A stretch of 54,237 nt of DNA from a virus: the IMG/VR virus record IMGVR_UViG_3300030250_000026; one strand, 5' to 3'. The notes under the pieces were generated by a model, which ran no database searches, was not told where the DNA came from, and was given only the letters and a program-made list of their open reading frames with translations. Shown piece after piece: positions 18,037 to 25,788 of the stretch (position 1 is its first letter; every line of letters starts with the position of its first letter). The translations under genes were made by a program, and so were the position numbers.

Positions 18037-19230
18037 CTACTTTTGGCTAAAAACATAATCCATCAATTTTTCATTTGCTTCGTTTATCAACGAGAAGTCC
18101 TTCTTTATGTATAGATTAGTGACTCTCATTCTCTCGTCGATATGGCATAGCATGTCATTGACTATATATAATGGTATGCGTACATCATTTGCTGCAATAG
18201 TTGCCATAGAATGCCTGGCAGAGTAAAATTGCAATTTCTCAATTCCGAGAGCATTGCCAATTATCTTCAATCCCTTGTTTAATGCAACGTTGAAATTGCT
18301 TGGCGTGCTGTATCTTTCGGAGAAATTAAACATAGTACCGGCATTCCCTTTTGACACGTATTTTTTCATTAGTGGCTTTATGTTCTCTGGTACAATTATT
18401 TCCATTAGCGCATTGTCGCTCCTTCGGTCGCGTGTTTTCGTCCTATTATACCTTATCCGTTGTCCATCATAATCCGTCACGCTGTATAGGTCTACTGCAT
18501 TCATGCCCATCAAACAGAATGATATGATAAAGCAGTCCCTTGCGATTATTTCTCTTTCAGATTTTCCAGTATAATTGTAAATGGCTCTTATCTGTTCAAC
18601 AGTCAAGGCCCTCTTTTCTGCTACGTTCTGTTTTTTCGGTTTATAGCTATGAAGTGTTTTCTTTATTTTAATGTCATCGTTGTCGTAATCATTGTAGAAC
18701 TCTCGCGCATCTTGGAAAATCTTCATGATGGAAGATGTGTATAGTGACATTGCACGTGGCTTATCGGAGAGTGACCGCTCCCACTCTCGCATCATCTGTT
18801 CGCTAAACTCACTGCAATATATAACTCGTCTACCGAAGAACTTGCATAGTGCATTTATTGCGGATTTGTAGTTGCGTATGCCTTTTAGGTCATTGTGTTC
18901 GTTTACCCATCTCTCGGCATACTTGATGAAGTTTATACTTTCTCCTTCATCTTTTTGTTTGAGTTTTTCCACAATCGTGTCAAAGGGTACATCATTCACT
19001 TCAAGATACAACCCTTCAATCTTTTTCCGTAGTTTGCTGATAATGTCATTACCACGTTCGAGTACGTTGTTGTTCTTTATTTTGAGGGAAGAGGTCAAAT
19101 CTTTTTTACCTACAATCATAGTTGTCGGTAAATAGACGGTCTTTCGATTGTGTGAGAACCGGATAAAAACGACATACGTTTTATCTTCTCTCTGTCTGTC
19201 CTTCCGGACCATTAGTTTGAATGTAGCCAT
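18037..19230 (-). CDS. int: Tyrosine integrase (Bacteroides-type, with N-terminal arm-binding domain)
   Basis: 397 aa. N-terminus MATFKLMVRKDRQREDKTYVVFIRFSHNRK. C-terminal catalytic region SARHSMAT...MLCHIDERMRVTNLY (R-H-R-Y type). Adjacent to the attP. Confidence 0.85.
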   Translation of the reverse strand: MATFKLMVRKDRQREDKTYVVFIRFSHNRKTVYLPTTMIVGKKDLTSSLKIKNNNVLERGNDIISKLRKKIEGLYLEVNDVPFDTIVEKLKQKDEGESINFIKYAERWVNEHNDLKGIRNYKSAINALCKFFGRRVIYCSEFSEQMMREWERSLSDKPRAMSLYTSSIMKIFQDAREFYNDYDNDDIKIKKTLHSYKPKKQNVAEKRALTVEQIRAIYNYTGKSEREIIARDCFIISFCLMGMNAVDLYSVTDYDGQRIRYNRTKTRDRRSDNALMEIIVPENIKPLMKKYVSKGNAGTMFNFSERYSTPSNFNVALNKGLKIIGNALGIEKLQFYSARHSMATIAANDVRIPLYIVNDMLCHIDERMRVTNLYIKKDFSLINEANEKLMDYVFSQK

Positions 19231-19272
19231 ATTGTCTGTTTGTTATGCCCGAAGGCAAAGTTAATAATGAAT

Positions 19273-19305
19273 TGGAAAACATTTGGAAAACATTTGGAAA
19301 ACATT
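19273..19305. repeat. Three tandem 11-mers TGGAAAACATT (arm-type integrase site candidates)
   Basis: Exact copies at 19273-83, 19284-94 and 19295-305. Confidence 0.8.
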
Positions 19306-19410
19306 TTCGTTTTACAATCATATTCCAAACGTCACTTGTAAGCAATCTATTTTCTTTGTCCAGATAGTTTAACCATGACTACACGTGTAGAAAACCATTG
19401 ATAATCAACG

Positions 19411-19449
19411 AAAAACAGAGGATTGCTCGTAATGAACAATCCTCTGTTT
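19411..19449 (-). terminator. Intrinsic terminator placed directly after the tRNA-His 3' fragment
   Basis: 13-bp perfect inverted repeat AAACAGAGGATTG / CAATCCTCTGTTT. On the minus strand it follows CCA by 2 nt and ends in a T-run. Confidence 0.65.
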
Positions 19450-19451
19450 GG

Positions 19452-19496
19452 TGGGGTGCTTAGTGGGATTCGAACCCACGACATTCAGAACCACAA
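19452..19496 (-). other. attP core candidate: 3' portion of tRNA-His(GTG), from anticodon loop to CCA
   Basis: The reverse complement reads TTGTGGT (loop, anticodon GTG), TCTGA, ATGTC, GTGGG-TTCGAAT-CCCAC, TAAGCAC, C, CCA. There is no matching 5' half, so this is a fragment. Confidence 0.7.
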
Positions 19497-19559
19497 ACTA
19501 ATTAAAGGATTGTTGAATGCGTTGATTGTCATACGTTTTCCACTCTGTGTAGTGATTGA

Positions 19560-19580
19560 TGGAAAACATTTGGAAAACAT
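19560..19580. repeat. Two further tandem TGGAAAACAT(T) copies on the other side of the core
   Basis: Copies at 19560-70 and 19571-80, in the same orientation as the left-hand triplet. Confidence 0.8.
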
Positions 19581-19642
19581 GTTGGGGTATGTTATTGGGT
19601 TTATGAGGTAGTTATAATCTGAATGCTTGGGTTTGAGGGCTC

Positions 19643-20245
19643 TTATAATCTGGGGGCTTGGGTGGTTATTTGATGGTGATTGTATAATGCTTTGTCGCTG
19701 TCTGTGCGGTACCATTTGAGACCACGGGAATTGTAAATTATATTTGCTTCGCTCAGAATGCTTATTGGATAATAGCAATAATTCAAACCTGTTGCGCGAA
19801 AGGCTAAATAGGAGTTGTCTGATGGGATTGTGTTGCTGTATGATGGGGGACTTAATACGTTTATTTGCTCTCCAGCTCTCGCAATGTGGTCAAATTCTAA
19901 AGATTTACCATTGATATAAACAATGTCACCGGTCTTTAGTAACTTGTGCAGGTTGTGGCAATAACCTGTCTTGGGGTATCTGCATTTCCATATCAGTAGT
20001 CTGATGGGTTCTAATATCAAGAAATTTAGCAGGCACAGAATTGTAAGTATAACGAGTAGGCCCGCTATTGCGAATAATGGGCGACCGACTATGTCTAATA
20101 TGGTTGGTGGGTTTTCAATGAGGTCTTTAATTAAATAGTAAACTGGATAAAGAAAAAATAATCCCAATAATCCAATAACAAATATGGCGAACAGCACACC
20201 GGAAATGGCGGATAGTGCGGTAAGGCATATTTTTTTTGCTTTCAT
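19643..20245 (-). CDS. Three-TM membrane protein downstream of the repressor (lysogen-expressed exclusion candidate)
   Basis: 200 aa. Hydrophobic segments in the first ~95 aa, then a soluble C-domain. AT-rich. Same strand as the repressor and immediately downstream of it. Confidence 0.5.
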   Translation of the reverse strand: MKAKKICLTALSAISGVLFAIFVIGLLGLFFLYPVYYLIKDLIENPPTILDIVGRPLFAIAGLLVILTILCLLNFLILEPIRLLIWKCRYPKTGYCHNLHKLLKTGDIVYINGKSLEFDHIARAGEQINVLSPPSYSNTIPSDNSYLAFRATGLNYCYYPISILSEANIIYNSRGLKWYRTDSDKALYNHHQITTQAPRL

Positions 20246-20282
20246 GCTTTATAGAAACTTGTTTGTCTGTTTGTATTTATTG

Positions 20283-20308
20283 TACCGCCCATCTGGTGAT
20301 GGGCGGTA
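20283..20308 (-). other. Perfect 11-bp hairpin between the repressor and membrane-protein genes
   Basis: TACCGCCCATC-TGGT-GATGGGCGGTA. Confidence 0.6.
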
Positions 20309-20314
20309 TAATAA

Positions 20315-21109
20315 TTATATACATGTGCGTATGAGGCCCATGACGCGGTATATGCGCAGTACATCGGACTTGGGGACGCGAAAGGTGACGTATCGCGCCT
20401 GGTTGTTGGTGGACTGGCATTCGTAGTGATTCTCGCGGTCGATGAGTATTCGTATGAACAGGCCGTGGTTGATGGTGTCTATGGCGTAGATGTTGCCATT
20501 GAGTATGTATGTGTTCTTTGACATTGCGCTTAAGGCCACCCGGTCGCCGACCTTGAAGTCGGGGAGCATAGCTTCGTCTTGTACTTCCATATATAACTGG
20601 TAGTCGGAGAAGCCTGGGAAGTATGGCACGAGCTCGACTCCATCTTTATGTTTTTCTACAAGTTTTTCGTACACGTCTAAGTTAGGTTGTTTGTACATGC
20701 TCATTGGTATGAGTGGCCTGACGTTTGTGGTGGCGGTCTTTATACCGAATGGGCGTGTTTGTTTGGTTGTTGGTTCTGTGTTATATGTTTGATGTACGTT
20801 TGTGGCGAACATGGTTGCACCAGGCGAGTTGTAGTTGCGCTGCTGCACGTTCGCCTGGTCCGCGGGTAACTTCACCTGCCTTTCTTGTATGGGGAGAATC
20901 ATGTCACCTTCTCCGGTGAGAAGCCATGTCATGTTGAGGTCGGGGCAAGCTTGTTCTATTTTTTTTAGCGTCTTGTCTGATATTCTCTGTTTGCCCTTAA
21001 TCATTTTGGATAGATTGGCTTGGTCTATCCCTATATGCTGTGCGAAGTAGTTCACTGAGAAACCTTTCAACTTTAGGTATGTACCTATATTATTTGCTAT
21101 ATTACACAT
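20315..21109 (-). CDS. CI/LexA-like repressor (XRE HTH + S24-like C-domain)
   Basis: N-terminal HTH NYFAQHIGIDQANLSKMIKGKQRIS. The C-terminal domain aligns by eye to the S24 fold, but reads DEAMLP where GxSMxP is expected and FIRIL where the catalytic Lys motif is expected. Confidence 0.7.
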   Translation of the reverse strand: MCNIANNIGTYLKLKGFSVNYFAQHIGIDQANLSKMIKGKQRISDKTLKKIEQACPDLNMTWLLTGEGDMILPIQERQVKLPADQANVQQRNYNSPGATMFATNVHQTYNTEPTTKQTRPFGIKTATTNVRPLIPMSMYKQPNLDVYEKLVEKHKDGVELVPYFPGFSDYQLYMEVQDEAMLPDFKVGDRVALSAMSKNTYILNGNIYAIDTINHGLFIRILIDRENHYECQSTNNQARYVTFRVPKSDVLRIYRVMGLIRTCI

Positions 21110-21142
21110 TACAATTCGTACTAATGAAAGTTAATATACTAA

Positions 21143-21190
21143 ATTACCTATCAATATATTTGGTATACCTAAGGTATTACCTTATCTTTG
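21143..21190 (+). promoter_or_regulatory. Rightward early promoter with three operator-like boxes
   Basis: TTTG (21159-62), a 20-nt spacer, then TATCTTTG (21183-90) matches the Bacteroidota TTTG/TAnnTTTG consensus. Boxes ATTACCTA, TATACCTA and ATTACCTTA lie at 21143, 21164 and 21176. Confidence 0.55.
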
Positions 21191-21262
21191 CAATCGAAAT
21201 CAACAATCACCCAACAGGTGGTTACTGCAAAGGTAGTGAGATTTGTTGGTGATTGCAACAAA

Positions 21263-21469
21263 ATGAAGGTTAGAGTTATGAGAAGAAACAAATACATAAT
21301 TCAAGTGCCTTATGGCGCGAAGACAGAGATTGCCAAGAAGATTGGCATCAGGAAGGAGTATGTGAGCCGTGCGTTGCGGTACGACAGTGAGACCGCTCCG
21401 AGCCAGATGCGTATTCGTGATATTGCGATGAAGGAGTTTGGCGGACGGTTGGTTAAGTTGGTTTACTAA
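21263..21469 (+). CDS. Cro-like small DNA-binding protein
   Basis: 68 aa, divergent from the repressor. HTH-like KTEIAKKIGIRKEYVSRAL. Confidence 0.5.
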   Translation: MKVRVMRRNKYIIQVPYGAKTEIAKKIGIRKEYVSRALRYDSETAPSQMRIRDIAMKEFGGRLVKLVY

Positions 21470-21481
21470 AGATAGAATGCC

Positions 21482-21787
21482 ATGACACTGAGTGAAGTAA
21501 ACAGATTGATAAAGGAGTCTGTGCAGATTGGTGTGATGCAGGCAATAAAGACTTACGAGCCTGCTCGTGATTGCATAAGGGCTTCGGAGTTGCGTGCCTG
21601 GCTTTCGTTGAACAAGATTGACTATGGCTTGTTCAGACGGTTGGAGGAGGCTGGCCTTGTGAAGAAGATGAAGCAGGGCAATGGCACGAACTCGCCGATG
21701 GTGTATTCGAAGGCTGAGGTGAAGCAGGCTGTTGCGACGAGCACGGTGTGCGGTTGGCTGGCTGATGGTAGTATAGATAAAAACTGA
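21482..21787 (+). CDS. Hypothetical early protein (possible excisionase/DNA-binding)
   Basis: 101 aa. The pattern IRASELRAWLSLNKIDYGLFRRLEEAGLV is loosely Xis/MerR-like. Confidence 0.35.
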   Translation: MTLSEVNRLIKESVQIGVMQAIKTYEPARDCIRASELRAWLSLNKIDYGLFRRLEEAGLVKKMKQGNGTNSPMVYSKAEVKQAVATSTVCGWLADGSIDKN

Positions 21788-21793
21788 TGGCGT

Positions 21794-22024
21794 ATGGACA
21801 AGATGGACAAGAAAGAGACAATGCGGATTAAGTCTATAGAGCGCAAGGCTTACGAGGTTTACAAGGAGGTTGATGCGCTGATAGACCATCTGCAGAGAGA
21901 GAATGTTGATTGGGAGATAATTGACGAATTGAAAAGTACTCGTGATGCCTCGTGTGATGTGGTTGACGCATTACAATATGTGAGGGAGGAGTATGGTGAT
22001 AATGAGTATTTGATATGGCTATGA
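21794..22024 (+). CDS. Hypothetical early protein
   Basis: 76-aa acidic ORF. Confidence 0.45.
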   Translation: MDKMDKKETMRIKSIERKAYEVYKEVDALIDHLQRENVDWEIIDELKSTRDASCDVVDALQYVREEYGDNEYLIWL

Positions 22025-22194
22025 CAGACAAAGATAAAGAGCTCGTGCGGTTGGCAAGGACGTACACGTACTTTGATGTTTGCAAGGTGGTTGACATGAA
22101 GAAGATTGCTGACACTGATGAGGCGAGAAGAGAATTGAGTATGATAGCATCTTCGTTGTATCACGAAGAAGAGTGGTACGCAGGATTGTTATAA
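22021..22194 (+). CDS. Hypothetical small protein (57 aa; absent from the ORF track)
   Basis: Translated by hand: MTDKDKELVRLARTYTYFDV...EEEWYAGLL. The ATG overlaps the upstream TGA (ATGA). Confidence 0.4.
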   Translation: MTDKDKELVRLARTYTYFDVCKVVDMKKIADTDEARRELSMIASSLYHEEEWYAGLL

Positions 22195-22217
22195 CACATA
22201 ATAAAAAGACTGGTAAG

Positions 22218-22421
22218 ATGAAGGATACGATTAAAGATGTGATAAAGGCACTTGTGTTTGGTGCTGTGATTATAGCTGGCCTGGTGTATGCTGGCCGCAG
22301 TGACTACCGCGATGCGGTGGTGACTGAAATGAAAAATAACGGTACGTACTACTCCATGCTGCATGAGCACCCTGACTGGACTGAGGGTCAGATGGTGGAG
22401 GCGTATGTTGACAAGAAATAA
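22218..22421 (+). CDS. Small single-TM protein
   Basis: ATG at 22218. TM segment VIKALVFGAVIIAGLVY. Confidence 0.45.
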   Translation: MKDTIKDVIKALVFGAVIIAGLVYAGRSDYRDAVVTEMKNNGTYYSMLHEHPDWTEGQMVEAYVDKK

Positions 22422-22535
22422 GTTTTAAGTTGAGGAGTTGATGAGTTGAAGAGTTGAGCGGTTAGTTTTAGAGGTCGACCCCGCAGAGGTAACTTCATAA
22501 ACTTTTCAACTTGTAAACTTGTCAACTTGAAATTC
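22421..22535 (+). repeat. AGTTGA-block palindromic element, copy A
   Basis: Left arm AAGTTGAGGAGTTGATGAGTTGAAGAGTTGAG. Conserved core CGCAGAGGTAACTTCATAAACTT. Right arm TTTTCAACTTGTAAACTTGTCAACTTGAA. Confidence 0.85.
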
Positions 22536-22559
22536 CCCAAATGATTGCTTAGTGAAATA

Positions 22560-22932
22560 ACTACTTTGTGTGTTACAACGTGTGGCCCGCTCAGTCTGTG
22601 AAGATATGGCGGTGCCGCGTACAAAGGCACAGTGCGGTTCGTGATGAATAGTGTGTGCCGTTCTGCCATGGCTTGATGTTTGGACATGGTTCGGCATGAT
22701 GCTGTGGCAGTGGTTGGATTTAAGTTGATTATCTATTACACAGAGGCGTTGTATGGTTCGTGATGAATAGTGCACGCCGCCCATGCAGGTGATAGGCCGT
22801 TAATCGGATAGGCGGCAAGGAGACAGTGCATTGGACTCGCCATCAGTAATGATGCTGGATAGCCTTGGTGACGAGTTTGGTTTTTGCGTGACATAGGACA
22901 TTATGGGGTTCGACTCCCCTCGCCTGCACGAC
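22560..22932 (+). ncRNA. Candidate structured non-coding RNA region (twin hairpins + tRNA/tmRNA-like 3' module)
   Basis: No credible ORF across ~400 nt. The exact 18-mer GGTTCGTGATGAATAGTG sits in two hairpin loops (22636-53 and 22755-72). GGGGTTCGACTCCCC + TCGCCTGCAC lies at 22905-29. Confidence 0.35.
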
Positions 22933-22963
22933 AACAAGATTACTAACAATTAAACGAAAGACA

Positions 22964-23833
22964 ATGGAACAACAGACAACTCAACAACAGGTGGTGGCTA
23001 TGGCCAGCCCTCAGGAACAAGAGATACAGCTGCTTAAGATAAAGCAGGACACCGAGTTTGCTGCCACTCCGGTGGGTCAGCAGGTGAAGCAGTTTGAGGC
23101 GACAATGCGTATTGCCAAGATGTATGCGATGTCGAGTTTTATCCCCGACTCGTATAAATACAAGAATCGTCAGCCTCTTGACATGAATAGTGTGATAGCT
23201 AACTGCACAATCGCCTTGGAGATGGCCACGCGAATGCAGGCCAATCCGCTAATGGTCATGCAAAACTTGTACATAGTGCATGGCCAGCCAGCCTTCAGCA
23301 GCAAGTTTTTGATAGCTTGCATCAATGCGAGCAAGCGTTTTTCTCCTCTCCGCTATGAGTTTAGGGGTGATGAAGGCACAGATGATTACGCCTGTCGTGT
23401 AGTGGCTTACGAGATAACCGACTTGAAGCACAAGGACCCTTTGTATGGTGACTGGATTAGCATGAAGATGGCCAAGGCCGAGGGTTGGATAGACAAGACT
23501 GGCAGCAAGTGGCTGACGATGCCGAGCCAGATGTTGCGATACAGAGCTGCCGCCTTCTGGCAGAGGACGTATTGCCCAGAGATAAGTATGGGCTTGATGA
23601 CTGCCGAGGAGGCTCAGGACAGTTATGTGCCTTATGAGGAGGTGAAGTTGCAGCCGGTGTCGTCGGTTCCGACAGACGAGATAGGGCGTCCTTCGCTGAC
23701 GGAGCTTGCCGCGCGCACTGCTCAGCAGCAGACTGGTGAGGCGCAAGTTGGTGCAGAGGCTACTGAGTCGAACCCTTGGGGCGATGCAGAGGAAACAGAT
23801 GTTGAAGGTGTAAAATCAGAAGGCAATGTATGA
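22964..23833 (+). CDS. recT: RecT-like single-strand annealing protein
   Basis: 289 aa. Central and C-terminal patterns (NPLMVMQNLYIVHGQPAFS...; KWLTMPSQMLRYRAAAFW) resemble the RecT family. Paired with an exonuclease gene. Confidence 0.6.
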   Translation: MEQQTTQQQVVAMASPQEQEIQLLKIKQDTEFAATPVGQQVKQFEATMRIAKMYAMSSFIPDSYKYKNRQPLDMNSVIANCTIALEMATRMQANPLMVMQNLYIVHGQPAFSSKFLIACINASKRFSPLRYEFRGDEGTDDYACRVVAYEITDLKHKDPLYGDWISMKMAKAEGWIDKTGSKWLTMPSQMLRYRAAAFWQRTYCPEISMGLMTAEEAQDSYVPYEEVKLQPVSSVPTDEIGRPSLTELAARTAQQQTGEAQVGAEATESNPWGDAEETDVEGVKSEGNV

Positions 23834-24581
23834 CAACAAGAATCAGAACACGTTAGAGTGGTTCCGCCAAAGGCTGGGTAATATTACTGGTTCGGCAGTG
23901 GGCAACTTGATGGTGAAGCCCATGGCGAAGGGCGAGACATGGAGCCAGACGGCTTTGTCGTACTTGAACCAGGTGGCTTTTGAACGTGCGATGAACCCTT
24001 TGGTGGTGGAAAATGATGACTTGTTTGCGCAGTATGTGGCGTTGAATGAGGTGAAGAGCAAGGCCATCACTTGGGGCCACGCGATGGAGGGCGAGGCCGC
24101 GCACCTGTTCGCGGTGATGTTCAAGAGTTTGTATGGCAGCACGAGTCATGCGCCTTATGAGCTTGAATTGATAGAGCCATCGTCGGTGGTGTGCAAGGAT
24201 TTGCCCCATTTTGCAAGTTCTCCAGACCGCATGTTTTTCAACCCCGAGACTGGCGAGGAGTGTGCTGTAGAGATAAAGTGTCCGCAAGGCCAGTCGTTTG
24301 CGAAGTTTGTGAATGGCGTGTTTTTGCAGTCGTCGCATGAGAGCCAGCTTGAAGGTTTGAAAAAATCAGATAGAAACTACTATTGGCAGTGTTATGCCCA
24401 CATGCTGGCGACTGGTGCGACAAAGACCTATTTTGTGGTGTACAACCCGTTTATGCAGAAGCCAATTTTTGCGCTTGAGATTGCTCGTGATGAGGCTGTG
24501 ATAGATGAATTGCGTGCGAAGATATGTGCTGGCAATGCGTATGTGGACGAGTTGGCAGGCCGCATAACCGGCAAGAGTTGA
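23826..24581 (+). CDS. YqaJ/lambda-Exo-like recombination exonuclease
   Basis: LEWFRQRLGNITGSAVGNL N-terminal signature, plus PD-(D/E)xK elements SSPDRMF...CAVEIKCP. Confidence 0.75.
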   Translation: MYDNKNQNTLEWFRQRLGNITGSAVGNLMVKPMAKGETWSQTALSYLNQVAFERAMNPLVVENDDLFAQYVALNEVKSKAITWGHAMEGEAAHLFAVMFKSLYGSTSHAPYELELIEPSSVVCKDLPHFASSPDRMFFNPETGEECAVEIKCPQGQSFAKFVNGVFLQSSHESQLEGLKKSDRNYYWQCYAHMLATGATKTYFVVYNPFMQKPIFALEIARDEAVIDELRAKICAGNAYVDELAGRITGKS

Positions 24582-24586
24582 AGTTG

Positions 24587-25030
24587 ATGTCAGAGTTATA
24601 CGTTCTTAGAGGTGCGGACGGTGGTTTGATGCCATGCTATGCGGAAGATGCCGCGCAGATAGAGCGTCTTGTCAGAGGGCGTGTGTACCTTGTAAGAGTG
24701 TATGAAGCCCGCAATGTTCGCCTTCACCGCAAGTACTTTGCGCTGATAAATGCAGCATGGGGAGCCTGTGGTGAGGTGTGGCGTAAGAAGTTCAGGAGCA
24801 AGGAGAACTTTAGGAAGAGTGTCACTCTGCTTGCCGGTTATACGGACCATGTGTATAACGCCCGCAGTGGTGAGTGGGTAGAGATGCCGCGAAGCATAGC
24901 CTTTGACCGTATGCGTGAAGATGAGTTTGAGCAGTTGTATGATGCGACGGTGAGGATTATCAGAGCGCAGTTTGCGCCAAGTGGCAAACTTGCGAGAGAG
25001 GCTTTTGAGGAGGAGATAAAGGAATTTTGA
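24587..25030 (+). CDS. DUF1367-like protein (NinB/Orf-position recombination accessory)
   Basis: ATG at 24587. The pattern ARNVRLHRKYFALINAAW...SIAFDRMREDEFEQLY is recalled from DUF1367-type phage proteins. Confidence 0.4.
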   Translation: MSELYVLRGADGGLMPCYAEDAAQIERLVRGRVYLVRVYEARNVRLHRKYFALINAAWGACGEVWRKKFRSKENFRKSVTLLAGYTDHVYNARSGEWVEMPRSIAFDRMREDEFEQLYDATVRIIRAQFAPSGKLAREAFEEEIKEF

Positions 25031-25132
25031 AAAAAAAGGAAGGAGGGCGCAGCCAGGAAGGTATGCAGCGGCGTATCACTCATATAAAAAAGACGATAGC
25101 GCATTTCGTCGGCCCTTCTTCCTTGATATATA

Positions 25133-25300
25133 AAAGTTGATGAGTTGAGGAGTTGGAGTTTTTAAGTTGAAGAGTTGAAGAGTTAAGAGGTCGGTTTAAG
25201 TGGTTGAACTCGCAGAGGTAACTTCATAAACTTGTAAACTCTTAAACTCTTAAACTCATCAACTTGAAGGTAAGCTCATAAACTTGTCAACTCGTCAACT
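25133..25300 (+). repeat. AGTTGA-block palindromic element, copy B
   Basis: Same architecture as the other copies. Core GGTCGGTTTAAGTGGTTGAACTCGCAGAGGTAACTTCATAAACTT. Confidence 0.85.
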
Positions 25301-25334
25301 AATAAAAAACAAGTGACTAATAAAATGAAGATAA

Positions 25335-25787
25335 ATGAGAGAGCAAAGCAGGCTGGACCAGATGAGGCGCCTGGCTAATGAGGGTGTTCCGCGCATGCGC
25401 CGCCACCCCCATGATGAGGAGCACCAGTTGCAGGTGGCCTGTGTGCGTTGGTTCCGGTTGCAATATCCGGAGTTGGCTTATGCGTTGTTTGCCGTGCCGA
25501 ATGGCGGGCGGCGAGATGCGACGACAGGTGCGAAGTTGAAGGCCGAGGGCGCGCTTGCGGGTGTGTCGGACCTGATACTGTTGAAGCGGAGCGGTGCGTA
25601 TGGCGCGCTGCTGATAGAAATGAAGACTCCCAATGGTCGCCAGAGCGATGCTCAACGCAGATGGGAGGAAGAGATTACAGCGTGTGGTGAGTACCGATAT
25701 GTAGTGTGCCGAACGTTCGAGGGGTTCAAGAATGAGGTAAGCGGCTACATCGGCATCTCACTACGAGAAAAAAATAAGAGTGAGTAA
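25335..25787 (+). CDS. VRR-NUC domain nuclease
   Basis: EEHQLQVACVRWFRLQYP...GVSDLILL...LLIEMKTPNGRQSDAQRRW matches the VRR-NUC PD-(D/E)xK layout. Confidence 0.75.
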   Translation: MREQSRLDQMRRLANEGVPRMRRHPHDEEHQLQVACVRWFRLQYPELAYALFAVPNGGRRDATTGAKLKAEGALAGVSDLILLKRSGAYGALLIEMKTPNGRQSDAQRRWEEEITACGEYRYVVCRTFEGFKNEVSGYIGISLREKNKSE

Positions 25788-25788
25788 T

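Noticed and set aside
19452-19496. A functional tRNA gene
   Set aside because: Only the 3' ~45 nt (anticodon loop to CCA) is present. The sequence expected for the 5' anticodon-stem strand and everything upstream does not match. It is interpreted as an attP core.
20184-21252. Several plus-strand ORFs of 60-80 aa across the repressor locus
   Set aside because: They are antisense to the HTH/S24-like repressor and the membrane-protein gene. Their translations are Cys/Trp/Leu-rich and non-protein-like.
22785-22929. A bona fide tRNA or tmRNA gene ending in the T-arm-like GGGGTTCGACTCCCC
   Set aside because: The putative acceptor partners are 145 nt apart, which is too long for a tRNA and too short for a tmRNA. 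The T-stem has only 4 clean pairs. There is no D-arm, no encoded CCA (CGA instead), and no plausible tag ORF ending in a hydrophobic Ala-Ala. It is kept only as a tRNA-like module of a candidate ncRNA.
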